Numbered from the stretch's first letter, positions 19,999 to 28,934 are shown. The stretch: 64,000 bases of DNA from an uncultured Chloroflexia bacterium (GCA_963819655.1 CAWFXA010000002.1:64001-128000); one strand, 5' to 3'. Program-made: numbers and translations. The notes: generated from the sequence alone by a model not told the origin.

Positions 19999-20571
19999 TC
20001 AGTGCAGGCCGTCCTCGCCGACGGCGTCCGCAGCGGCGAGTCCGCCGATCCGCGCATGCGGCCGGCCCGCGTTCGTCACGGCCAGGGCCAGCAACAGCTC
20101 GTCGGCGCCGGGCGCATCGGGGACCGAGATCGTGACCGCGTCGAAATGCGAGCGGATCAGCATCGCCTTGATGTGGTGCACCGGGATGTCGAGCGTGGCG
20201 CCCATCGCGGCCCGCTTCTTGACCGACGGGAGGATCGACACGCCGCTAGTGCGCGTGCGGGTCGGCTGCCCGAACTTCGGATGCAGGACGGCCGCCACGT
20301 GCTCGAGCTCCCCGTGCTCGCCGACGATGCCGCCCTTGCCATACGCCTCGACCGGCTCACCAAGGGCCTCCTGGCAGCGTCGCGTCAGCTCATCGCCAAG
20401 GAACTCCCCGAAGTCGATGAGCTCGGCAAGGTCGTCGGACCAGGTACCCGCGTAGGGGTTGGAGCAGACGACCGCCACGGCGACCCGGCGGAGCGGACGT
20501 TCGAGCTCACGCTCACCGTCGGACACGATCTCGTCGCGGAACGTCGCCCACTTGCGGATCTTGATCGTCAC
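19999..20571 (-). CDS. Amino acid synthesis family protein (AA_synth)
   Basis: IRKW..DEI, AVAVVCSNPYAG, EAYGKGGIVGEHGELEH, RSHFDAVTISVPDAPGADE. GGAG RBS before GTG 20571. Confidence 0.87.
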   Translation of the reverse strand: MTIKIRKWATFRDEIVSDGERELERPLRRVAVAVVCSNPYAGTWSDDLAELIDFGEFLGDELTRRCQEALGEPVEAYGKGGIVGEHGELEHVAAVLHPKFGQPTRTRTSGVSILPSVKKRAAMGATLDIPVHHIKAMLIRSHFDAVTISVPDAPGADELLLALAVTNAGRPHARIGGLAAADAVGEDGLH

Positions 20572-20644
20572 GGTGTCTCCTTCGACCGTCCTCGCCTCGT
20601 GACCGAAGTATGCCGTGGGACGGGTGACGCCTCCTGGACGTCCG

Positions 20645-21003
20645 TCAGGCATCACGCCAGTCGCACCAGGCCCGGACGATCGACTCGAGCTCAGGGCGAG
20701 CCGTCTCGGCCTCCGCCATGTCGGCGACCTTGATGACGCGCGACGTGTCACCGCTCCCTCGAGGCGCGGATGCGTGCCCGGGATCTTCGCTCCGAGGTGG
20801 AACATGAGGCTCGCATGCTGCCGGCTCTTCGGGTAGAAGCTGGCGATGTTGCCCTTGTACGTGAACGTCGGCGCCTGCCATTTGATGCACTCGTCGACCC
20901 GCGGATCGGCGGCCAGCACGATCTCCCGGACTCGCTGGACGACGTCCTTCATCGGGTTGTCGTACCGCTCGAACCAGGCGTCCACGTCGGGCCGTCTCGG
21001 CAT
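20645..21003 (-). CDS. DUF1801 (YdhG-like) protein (frame break near 20757)
   Basis: VREIVLAADPRVDECIKWQAPTF...LMFHLGA, continuing GSGDTSRVIKV...IVRAWCD in the adjacent frame. Confidence 0.8.
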
Positions 21004-21023
21004 CGCGGTCGCTCCTCTCGGAC

Positions 21024-21458
21024 TTACGACGGGTCGGCGAGGAGAACGTACAGCTTGTCCGGCCCGAGGCAGACGAAGTACCCGGCGAGACGCGGGTAGG
21101 CCGCCGGCGGTACCAGGAGCACCTCTCCGTGGCTCACGACCACTTTCCCGGCGGGGTCGCGGATGACTCGCTCCGCATCGGCGCCAGCCGTGAATCCGGC
21201 CGACCAAAACGTCGCGAGCGTCACGCCGGTGTTTGTAACGGCGACGACCTGCTCGGCTGCCGCGGGGTCGATGCGGAACGTCACGCTCGTGTAGTCGATC
21301 CCGATCGTGTCGCAGCCGAGGTTGGCCGGTGCTTCATGCAGCACGATCGCCGTCCCGGAGGCCGCGGAGCTTGCCGAAGGCTCCGCCGTCTGACCGGGAG
21401 AGCTGCATGCGGCAAGGGACAAGCAGAGGATCAACCAGGCGACGCGAGGACGAATCAT
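21024..21458 (-). CDS. Hypothetical lipoprotein
   Basis: Lipobox LSLAAC, Ser/Ala linker, small beta domain with a Cys pair. Confidence 0.7.
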   Translation of the reverse strand: MIRPRVAWLILCLSLAACSSPGQTAEPSASSAASGTAIVLHEAPANLGCDTIGIDYTSVTFRIDPAAAEQVVAVTNTGVTLATFWSAGFTAGADAERVIRDPAGKVVVSHGEVLLVPPAAYPRLAGYFVCLGPDKLYVLLADPS

Positions 21459-21645
21459 CGGACGGTGCCTCATCTGAGCTGAGGGGTAGGCGGCTACCGA
21501 ATGCGCGGCCCGGCGTGCCGAGGGACAGCCTAGTGGAATCCGAGGCACACCACGAACGCGCAAGTGATAGCCTCACGCCGGGTTTGCGACCACGCCTCCC
21601 AGGGCGCGGAGCCGGCGAGGAGTGAGGGAAACGGCCCAACACGGT

Positions 21646-22188
21646 ATGTGGCGGCACGTGGTGATCAACGCGACCATCGCTCATCCGGTCGACCGGGTAT
21701 TCGCCTACCTGGCCGACCCGCTGCGCTGGCACGAGTTCGCGCCGGCGTGTGTGTTCCGGCGGCAGATCGGCGATCAGCCACCTCGGATCGGCACGCGCTG
21801 GATGGCCACGGATCGTATCGGGCCGTTCCATTTCCATTTCATCGATGAGCTGGCCGAGCTGGAGCCGAACCGTCGCGTGGTCTGGCTATCGTCCGCGCCG
21901 TGGAATTCGCGCGTCGAGTACGTCTGCGCCCCGGCCGGTGAGAACACCCACATCGAAGCGCGCTACGAGGGGGACATCAGCGGCTTCCTCCGCGTTTTGA
22001 CCGCGTGGTTGCCACCGGGCGTCGTGCGATGGGTCCTGTCGCAGGACTTCCGGCGCCTTGACCAACGGCTCGAGCGGGAGGCGACGGCCGCGAGTCGTTC
22101 GCAGCGTGCCTACCAGCCCGACCTCGCTATCGAGGATGGGTTCCTGGCCATGGCCGTCGACCACGCCGATGACATGACGAGTTCCTAG
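21646..22188 (+). CDS. SRPBCC (polyketide cyclase/START) family protein
   Basis: IAHPVDRVFAYLADPLRWHEF, ELEPNRRVVW. Confidence 0.8.
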   Translation: MWRHVVINATIAHPVDRVFAYLADPLRWHEFAPACVFRRQIGDQPPRIGTRWMATDRIGPFHFHFIDELAELEPNRRVVWLSSAPWNSRVEYVCAPAGENTHIEARYEGDISGFLRVLTAWLPPGVVRWVLSQDFRRLDQRLEREATAASRSQRAYQPDLAIEDGFLAMAVDHADDMTSS

Positions 22189-22194
22189 CCCGTC

Positions 22195-22647
22195 ATGTAC
22201 CAGCTGTTGGTCTACGTCCACATCATCTGCGCCGTCATCTGGGTCGGCGGCGCGGTCTACGCCCAGCTGCTCGCCTTTCGCGTCGCCCGTTCGCCGGATC
22301 CATCGGAGTTGCCGCACCTGGCGCGTCACATCGAATTCATCGGCGCGCGCGTCTTCTCGCCGGCGGCGCTGCTCCTGTTCGTCTCCGGTGCCGCGATGAC
22401 GTTGCAAGCGTGGAGCTTCGGGCAGACGTGGATCGCAGTCTCGGTCGCCCTCTGGGTGCTCTCAGCGGTGGTCGGCGCTGTGTACCTCGGACCTCGCGTG
22501 AAGCGGGCCGCCGAGCTCTTCGAGGCCGAGGGGCCGACGTCGAAGACGGGCCGCGAACTCATCGATCGCTTGTTCGTCGTCTCGCGGCTGGAGCTCATCG
22601 GCTTCGCGGTGATCATCGCTCTCATGACCTTCAAGCCGGGAGTCTGA
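22195..22647 (+). CDS. DUF2269 family 4-TM membrane protein
   Basis: LLVYVHIICAVIWVGG...LMTFKP terminal motif. Confidence 0.82.
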   Translation: MYQLLVYVHIICAVIWVGGAVYAQLLAFRVARSPDPSELPHLARHIEFIGARVFSPAALLLFVSGAAMTLQAWSFGQTWIAVSVALWVLSAVVGAVYLGPRVKRAAELFEAEGPTSKTGRELIDRLFVVSRLELIGFAVIIALMTFKPGV

Positions 22648-22705
22648 GTCCTTCGGGCCCTGACCCCCTGCGCGCCCACGTGCGAAGCCGAGGACGAGCA
22701 TCGGT

Positions 22706-23566
22706 ATGCGGTCTGAGTTCATCAACGCGAACGGCATCCGCTTCCACTGCCTGACCGATGGCGCAGGTCCTCTGGTCGTCCTGCTTCACGGTTTCCCGCA
22801 GTTTTCGTACGAGTACCGCCACCTCGTCCCGGCCCTGGCCCGGGCGGGATATCGGGCGGTGGCACCTGACATGCGCGGTTTCGGCGAGACTAGCCGGCCG
22901 GCACGGATCGAGGACTACGCACTCCGGACCCTCGGCGATGACGTCGCGGCACTGGTCGACGCCTTTGGCGAGCGGAAAGCCCATGTCCTTGGACACGAGT
23001 GGGGCGGCATCGTTGCCGCCGAGGCGGCGCTGTCCCACCCGGACAAGGTGGACCGCCTGATCCTCGTCAACGGCCCGCCGGTTATCACCCTGGGACGGGC
23101 GATCAATCACAGCTGGCGCCAACGCGCCCGGAGCTCCTATGTCCTGTTCTACCGCATCCCGCGCCTGCCGGAGTGGTGGCTGACCGCGCTTCATGGCCGG
23201 GTCATGAGCCTGCTGCTCTCCGACAGGGCATTCAGCGCCGAGGATGTGGCTGTGTACCGCGATGCCATCTGCCTACCGCGGGCGGCCTGGGCGGGCCTGG
23301 CCTATTACCGCTCGATCGCGCACACCATCAAGGACGATGCCAACCGGCTGCGAGGCAAGCGAATCACCTCACCCACCCTGGTCCTGTGGGGCGAGCGCGA
23401 CCCGACCCTGCGCCGGGACCTGGCGCTGCGACTCGATGGGCAGTTCATGAGCCCACCGCGCAAGGTCTTCTTTCCCGACGTCGGCCACTGGGTCATCGAG
23501 GCCCGCCCCGACGAGGTCGCCCGCTTGGTGCTCGAGTTCCTCGACGAAGATCGAGTGCCCGGCTAG
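22706..23566 (+). CDS. Alpha/beta hydrolase (epoxide hydrolase-like)
   Basis: LLHGFP, APDMRGFG, GHEWGG (Glu at the usual Asp nucleophile position), LWGERD, GHW. Confidence 0.9.
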   Translation: MRSEFINANGIRFHCLTDGAGPLVVLLHGFPQFSYEYRHLVPALARAGYRAVAPDMRGFGETSRPARIEDYALRTLGDDVAALVDAFGERKAHVLGHEWGGIVAAEAALSHPDKVDRLILVNGPPVITLGRAINHSWRQRARSSYVLFYRIPRLPEWWLTALHGRVMSLLLSDRAFSAEDVAVYRDAICLPRAAWAGLAYYRSIAHTIKDDANRLRGKRITSPTLVLWGERDPTLRRDLALRLDGQFMSPPRKVFFPDVGHWVIEARPDEVARLVLEFLDEDRVPG

Positions 23567-23568
23567 CT

Positions 23569-23763
23569 TTACAGACCGAACCCAGCGGGCGGGCGAAGCG
23601 GCTGATCCGGGGACTCGACCCCGACGCGACCGACGCTCGGGATCAATAGGGCGAACACCATCAACGCGGTCAGTAGGATGGCGATCGCGGCCGCCGACGG
23701 ACCGCCGTGATGTGCCGGTTGGGATGACTTCGGGAACAACGAGTGGATGAGTCGATCGTCCAT
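23569..23763 (-). CDS. Small single-TM hypothetical protein
   Basis: GGAGG RBS before ATG 23763 and one hydrophobic helix. Confidence 0.5.
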   Translation of the reverse strand: MDDRLIHSLFPKSSQPAHHGGPSAAAIAILLTALMVFALLIPSVGRVGVESPDQPLRPPAGFGL

Positions 23764-23927
23764 GGCAGGCACCTCCAGGCTCTGAGGCGACGCTACTCTT
23801 GGACCCGAGGCGGTGTCGACCTCACGGCTGACGAAGTCCCTGTCATTTGAGCGACACGCAACGGTCTGAGCGAAGCCCTTAGAACTGCACTCGTTTCCGA
23901 CAGCTTTCCAAGCGGGCGTTTGCCTCG

Positions 23928-23944
23928 TGACTCTGGCAGAGTCA
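23928..23944. promoter_or_regulatory. Palindromic operator-like site
   Basis: TGACTCTG-G-CAGAGTCA, a perfect 8-bp inverted repeat 36 nt upstream of the PAS gene. Confidence 0.45.
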
Positions 23945-23980
23945 ATCTGACGACCTGTTCGATCTCCGCGGGGTGTAATC

Positions 23981-24376
23981 GTGGCCCAGTTGCCTCTTGA
24001 GCTGATTCTGGTTCGCCAATTGGCCTACGGCCTGGCGGTCCCGACCTTCGTGGTCGATGCGACGGGCGACCTGGTCTTCGTCAACGAAGCTGCGGAAGCC
24101 CTGCTCGGCCTCGATTTCGAGGATGTGGGCCAAGTGTCGTTTGCGGACTGGACAGCGGCCTTTGCGTCACGCACCAAGGGGCGTCAACGGGCCGACCCGG
24201 CGACCCACCCTCTTGCCGTCGCCATTCGCCAACGTACGCCGGTACACGGACCGTTGCGGATCGTGGGCCGAGACGGCGTACTTCGTTCGCTCGTGGTGAC
24301 CGCTCTCCCTCTGGAGGGCTCTCGCGGTCAGCTCCTCGGCGGCCTCGCGATGTTTTGGGAGCCGTCGACCCGATGA
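23981..24376 (+). CDS. Stand-alone PAS-domain protein
   Basis: PTFVVDATGDLVFVNEAAEALLG...LVVTALPL. Overlaps the next gene (ATGA). Confidence 0.82.
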   Translation: MAQLPLELILVRQLAYGLAVPTFVVDATGDLVFVNEAAEALLGLDFEDVGQVSFADWTAAFASRTKGRQRADPATHPLAVAIRQRTPVHGPLRIVGRDGVLRSLVVTALPLEGSRGQLLGGLAMFWEPSTR

Positions 24377-25224
24377 TCGTCCGCCTGTGGGGGACCCGCG
24401 GGTCGCTCGCCAGCTCCGGCCCGGAAACGACGGGTTACGGAGGCAACACCGCCGCGGTCGAGATCGTGAACGCCGACGGCAGCATTCTCGCGCTCGATGC
24501 CGGGACAGGCATACGTCGGCTCGGAGCCGCCATCGACCCGTCCGTCGAGCGGCTGGACATCCTCCTGACCCACCTCCACATGGACCACATCCAGGGCCTC
24601 GGCTTCTTTGCCCCGTTCTTTCGGCCCACCGGCGAGATTCATATTTGGGGCCCTGCCTCCGCGACGATGGACCTGCGGACTCGCCTCACTCGCTACCTCT
24701 CGCCGCCGCTCTTCCCGGTCCGGCTCCGCGACCTCGACGCTCGAGTCGTGCTGCATGACGCGCCCGATGAGCCGGTAAGCATCGGCGGCTTCGAGGTCGT
24801 TGCCCAGCACGTCATCCATCCAGGACCCACGGTCGGTTATCGGATCTCCGGCGACGGGGCGAGCGTTGCCTACCTGCCCGATCATGAGCCGGCGCTCGGT
24901 GCGCGACAGTTTCCCGATGAGCCGCGCTGGACGTCCGGCTTCGATCTTGCCTCAGGCGTCGATCTCCTCATCCACGACGGGCAGTACTCGGATGACGAGC
25001 GCGCGGGGCGGATCGGCTGGGGTCACAGCTCGGTCAGCGAGGCAGTCGCCTTCGCGGAGTTAGCGTCGGTTCGCCGACTCATCCTCTTCCACCACGACCC
25101 ATCCCATAGCGATGCCGTGCTCGACGAGCTGACCGAGGCGGCGCGCGCACGCGGGACCTCCATCGAGGTTGTCGCTGGTCGCGAGGGCGCTCAGTACGAT
25201 CTAGGAACCGGCGTCCACGCGTAG
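24373..25224 (+). CDS. MBL-fold metallo-hydrolase (RNase Z/phosphodiesterase-like)
   Basis: LWGTRGS, GGNT, LDAGTG, THLHMDHIQG, LIHDGQY, GWGHS, LFHHDP. Confidence 0.92.
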   Translation: MIVRLWGTRGSLASSGPETTGYGGNTAAVEIVNADGSILALDAGTGIRRLGAAIDPSVERLDILLTHLHMDHIQGLGFFAPFFRPTGEIHIWGPASATMDLRTRLTRYLSPPLFPVRLRDLDARVVLHDAPDEPVSIGGFEVVAQHVIHPGPTVGYRISGDGASVAYLPDHEPALGARQFPDEPRWTSGFDLASGVDLLIHDGQYSDDERAGRIGWGHSSVSEAVAFAELASVRRLILFHHDPSHSDAVLDELTEAARARGTSIEVVAGREGAQYDLGTGVHA

Positions 25225-25526
25225 CCGGTCGCGCTCTCCCTGCCCTCGCCATTCGGCCTCGGACATCGGCGCGCTGCCTCCGGCGCGTACGCACGTGCGC
25301 TGCGTCGTGGAGTCGACGCGCGCCCCGGGGTGATCCCAGCCGGTAGTCACCGACCAAGCGGAGTACCCCTGCAGTAGACTCCAGATGGTTGGACGGTGCT
25401 TGATCATCGGTCTAGGGTCCTGATACGGGTGCTCAACACATGCGTGTCATCCGCTCCGATACCGTTGTATTCAGGTCCCGACCGGCTCGCTTGTTCCGTC
25501 ATCTGCTGTGATCGAACACAGACAGT

Positions 25527-25603
25527 CCGCCCGTAGCTCAGTGGATCAGAGCGACTGACTTCGGATCAGTAGGTCGGGGGTTCGAATCCCTCCGGGCGGG
25601 CCA
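25527..25603 (+). tRNA. tRNA-Arg(UCG)
   Basis: Cloverleaf: acceptor CCGCCCG/CGGGCGG, anticodon arm ACTGA-CT-TCG-GA-TCAGT, T-loop TTCGAAT, encoded CCA. Confidence 0.95.
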
Positions 25604-25622
25604 CCTATTCCTCGCACGAAGT

Positions 25623-25656
25623 GACCCCGACGGGCTACCGCCGGGGGGTTTCGTTC
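25623..25656 (+). terminator. Probable terminator hairpin after tRNA-Arg
   Basis: GACCCCGACGG-gctaccg-CCGGGGGGTT followed by TCGTT. Confidence 0.45.
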
Positions 25657-25706
25657 TGCCCAGTACCACTCGCCGTACCACCTTGACGGCCTATCCTCGG
25701 GCGAGC

Positions 25707-26198
25707 ATGCGCCGACTCCGCCTGTCCATGGTGCTTGGCCTAGCCGTGAGCGTGGCTGCGTGTACCTCAGTACGGATCCGAAACGAGACGACGCAGGATC
25801 GGGTCATGAACGTTGGAACCGAGCGGTACGAGATCGACGGCGCCACTTCTGGCTCCCTTCCCGTATCTGTCGGCGACTGGCTGATCGTCGAGCGAGCATC
25901 CTGCGCCGTCGATACATCGACACGCGTTAGCGAGGGGACCGCGGTGCTTGCGCTCGTGCGCCATTCGCCGGACCCATTTACGGTCGATCGCTCGACAGTC
26001 GAGTTCGCGCGAGTCACCCCGCGACCGAACGAGACGTTCCCGCCCCTTTCGCGACCACTAGATAATCGTTGCCAATACTTTGGTGGCTCGACGCTGCCGG
26101 CCGGGTGGTTCGTGGTCATCGTCGTAATCGTCATGTCCGCGATCGCGCTCTGGCGCTCGCAACGGAGATCTGCGCCATTTTCCGGGGTTCTTCGTTAG
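25707..26198 (+). CDS. Hypothetical lipoprotein with C-terminal TM helix
   Basis: Lipobox VAAC and C-terminal WFVVIVVIVMSAIALW. TATCCT box upstream. Confidence 0.6.
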   Translation: MRRLRLSMVLGLAVSVAACTSVRIRNETTQDRVMNVGTERYEIDGATSGSLPVSVGDWLIVERASCAVDTSTRVSEGTAVLALVRHSPDPFTVDRSTVEFARVTPRPNETFPPLSRPLDNRCQYFGGSTLPAGWFVVIVVIVMSAIALWRSQRRSAPFSGVLR

Positions 26199-26269
26199 GC
26201 GCTGCGACCGAACGGGTGTGCGATCCGTGCGTACCTGACGGACATGGGCGGACGCTCCAGCCAACCCTG

Positions 26270-26310
26270 CGGGACTGTCGTCGTCGGTTCAAATCCAGCC
26301 GCCCCGGCCA
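26270..26310 (+). pseudogene. Degenerate 3' half of a tRNA-Pro(CGG)-like gene (att-site remnant)
   Basis: CGGGACTGTCGTCGTC-GGTTCAAATCCAGCCGCCCCGGCCA: T-loop, acceptor 3' strand and CCA typical of tRNA-Pro, with no 5' half. Confidence 0.65.
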
Positions 26311-26323
26311 CTTCCCGTCGACC

Positions 26324-26962
26324 CTATGCGGCCGGGTTCGCCCCACGTTGAGCAACATCGCTCACGTCGATGGTCGCCCTCATCAGCCACACCCCGAGCC
26401 AGCCGATCGCGAGGCCCAGGATGATCCCCCCGCTCAGGTAGGCAAGGCCGATGGGGATGCCGGACAGCAGGCCGCCGACCAGGATCGCGGCAGAGATGGC
26501 TGTCGGAAACACATGAGCTCGCAGGCTGGCGGCTCCGAACAAGACCCAGCCGATGCCGAGCAGGACGAAGCTCGCGAGGCCACCTACGAGCAGGCGGCCG
26601 CCCACGAATGTGGGGATCGCCTCGGGAACGACTTCCGCGATCCGAGGCACCGCGAACGCCTCGTACCACCAGTCCCCGGCCATGAAGACCGTGCCCATCA
26701 ACGCAGCCGCGAAGCCGATCAGGCCGAACCAGCCCGCGCTCGCTGCCTGGCGATCGTATATGGCGACGAGTGCGAACGCGAGCAACCCGAACGCCACGAT
26801 CGAGGCGACGCTGGTGATCGCATGAGTCGGGCCGAGAACGTATTCCGTCAGATCGCTGCCGGTAACAACGAAGAGGATCGTCGGTAGCCTGGTCGCCACG
26901 ACCAATGCGCCTGTGACGACCGCGAGTGGCCCCGCGATTCGCGACAGCGGCGACGTGGACAT
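26324..26962 (-). CDS. Hypothetical 6-TM membrane protein
   Basis: AAGGAGG RBS, six hydrophobic helices, GDWWYEAFAVP motif. Confidence 0.8.
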   Translation of the reverse strand: MSTSPLSRIAGPLAVVTGALVVATRLPTILFVVTGSDLTEYVLGPTHAITSVASIVAFGLLAFALVAIYDRQAASAGWFGLIGFAAALMGTVFMAGDWWYEAFAVPRIAEVVPEAIPTFVGGRLLVGGLASFVLLGIGWVLFGAASLRAHVFPTAISAAILVGGLLSGIPIGLAYLSGGIILGLAIGWLGVWLMRATIDVSDVAQRGANPAA

Positions 26963-27063
26963 GCCAGCCTCCTTCTAGGCCCGGAGGATCGTCTCTACGG
27001 TGTTATGAACCGGTAACGGTGTGCGAGCGCGCGGACGTCCATGTCTGCGGTCCTCCTGGACCG

Positions 27064-27873
27064 CTAGGCGGGTGGGGCAACGGCGACGACACCCGATCGA
27101 TCGTTCGGGTCTTGGCTTCCAACGCTGATCCAGCGCGACCATGACGCAAGGACGAGCGGAATCGCGACGGTCGCGAAGCCGATGGCGCTGAACACGAACA
27201 GACCCGCGACATCAGCGAGCGGGAACACGAGCGATGCGGCGAGGTTCCCGGTGCCATGCATGATCGTCGCCAGCCAAGCGCTTCGCGTGCCGAGCCACAG
27301 CCAGGTCATCAGGAATGAGAAGGTGAATACCCAGAGCGCGAAGGCCCAGAACGGGTTTCCGTACGACGGCATCCCAGGGATGAAATACAGCGGGCTGTGC
27401 CACAGCGTCCACACAGCAGCGACGACCAGGGTCGCCACGAGCGGTGACTGCCGGTTCAGCAGGCCACGCAGCAGGAATCCGCGCCAGCCGATCTCCTCGC
27501 CGATGACCAGGAAGAACAGCACGAGCAGTAACGGTTCGACGCTTCCCGGCACTGGGAGCGCCGTATTGCCCGCCAGGACGTAGAGAAAGTGGCCGATGGC
27601 GGTCCCCGCGATCGGAAGGGCCAGCGCTGCGATGTACCAGCCGGGATGGACTCGCCAGCGGGTCGTCACCGCCCACAATTCGCTAGCACCGGCTCGTCCG
27701 CGCCATATGCGCGCCACGATGAATGCCGCCGCGGCCGGTCCGAAGAGCGCGATCAGGCCGAAAAGGAGCGATACGTTGAGTAGAAGTCCGAGCGTGATCG
27801 AGAACACGTACGCCAATACGACATACGTGCTCAGCGGGTACCGCCGGATCAGCCCTGCCGTCGTCGAGCTCAA
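27064..27873 (-). CDS. CPBP family (CAAX/Abi) intramembrane metalloprotease
   Basis: GEEIGWRGF, WTLWHSPL, ATIMHGTGN. Confidence 0.9.
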   Translation of the reverse strand: MSSTTAGLIRRYPLSTYVVLAYVFSITLGLLLNVSLLFGLIALFGPAAAAFIVARIWRGRAGASELWAVTTRWRVHPGWYIAALALPIAGTAIGHFLYVLAGNTALPVPGSVEPLLLVLFFLVIGEEIGWRGFLLRGLLNRQSPLVATLVVAAVWTLWHSPLYFIPGMPSYGNPFWAFALWVFTFSFLMTWLWLGTRSAWLATIMHGTGNLAASLVFPLADVAGLFVFSAIGFATVAIPLVLASWSRWISVGSQDPNDRSGVVAVAPPA

Positions 27874-27965
27874 GTCCGACGCCCCGCGAGACCCGACGGC
27901 GATCTAGTCATCCCGGGCTCGCTCACGTGGATGGTCGCACGCATGAGCCATGCCGATAGCGCGGC
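27870..27965 (-). pseudogene. C-terminal remnant of a paralogue of the 26324-26962 membrane protein
   Basis: Translates AWLMRATIHVSE...* versus VWLMRATIDVSD in the intact gene. Its TGA overlaps the CPBP TTG start. Confidence 0.55.
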
Positions 27966-28568
27966 CTCCCTAGGGCGTCGTGGATGGAGCCGCAGCGGAG
28001 GGAGAAGCCGATCCAAAGACGTCCGAGTCGTCCGAGCGCGGGTCGCTCGCAGTGCAGCCAGCCGTCAGTGCGCCGAGGATCATCCCCGCGAGCAGCAACG
28101 ACTGGACGATCGGATGCCAGGCAGGCCCCATCTTCAGGATCTTCGATAGTCGCACTGATTTCACCCGCATCCCGCGATTAGATGCTCCGAGTCTGTTGAA
28201 CCGCAGCCATCGGGTCATGACGAGACCGTCATGTTCCTCCAGCCACGCCTCAATCGCGCGCCCGCACCGCCGGTCTCCTGGCATGGCATCCCCGACGCCA
28301 CCACGTGCGCCGCTCGCGATCCAGGCGAGGTCGCGAACCGCGGCTGTTGCGCCGCTGCAATGACCCGAGCCAGTTCTGATACTGCGGGCCGTCGTACCGG
28401 ACCACTAACGTCGATCTCTGCAAGCCGCCATGACGACCCTCGAAAAGATCCTCGAGACCAACACGTTGCGCTCGGCGCGGACCCGTGATCCCGGCAACGG
28501 CGATTTCGATGGTTTCGCACCGATCGATGACGCGACGCGGAGGAGTGATGCGATGCGCGTGCATGTCC

Positions 28569-28934
28569 ATGAACCGCGGGGCGATCAAGCCCGCTCTGAT
28601 CGCGATCCCGAGCTCCGACGCGGCCTTTCGCGACCACGTCCAGAGGCTGCGCCGAGCCGCGAGCCAAGCGGACCTCGAAATCAGGCTACGACGCATCTTC
28701 CCGCGCGTCGTGGTGCGGGAGCGTACGATCTCGGGCGAGGCCCCGGCGTGGTACGCGTATCGGGACGGCGCGTGGGGATCGTCGCTCTCCGGTTCCTGGT
28801 GGGCTGACCCTGACCTGCCCCGGCTGACCGTCTCGCCCGCCGGCTGGATCACTCGAGCGAACGCGACGGCCACCGGCCTCCTCGGCATCGAGGGCGACGA
28901 GCCCGTCTTCCGCCCGGCCGGTGGGCACGCCTGA
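28569..28934 (+). CDS. Hypothetical protein, possibly a truncated PAS-containing protein
   Basis: LIAIPSSDAAF...LRRIFPRVVVRER...WYAYRDG, then a PAS-like start (GWITRANATATGLLG) that stops abruptly. Confidence 0.5.
   Translation: MNRGAIKPALIAIPSSDAAFRDHVQRLRRAASQADLEIRLRRIFPRVVVRERTISGEAPAWYAYRDGAWGSSLSGSWWADPDLPRLTVSPAGWITRANATATGLLGIEGDEPVFRPAGGHA

Noticed and set aside
25201-25407. 68-aa ORF upstream of tRNA-Arg, and a possible gene fragment at 62305-62476
   Set aside because: No recognisable motif, RBS or coding signal, so they cannot be supported.
26190-26202. GTTAGGC integron-like core site at the end of an orphan gene
   Set aside because: No matching RYYYAAC inverse core, no repeated attC structure and no intI gene.
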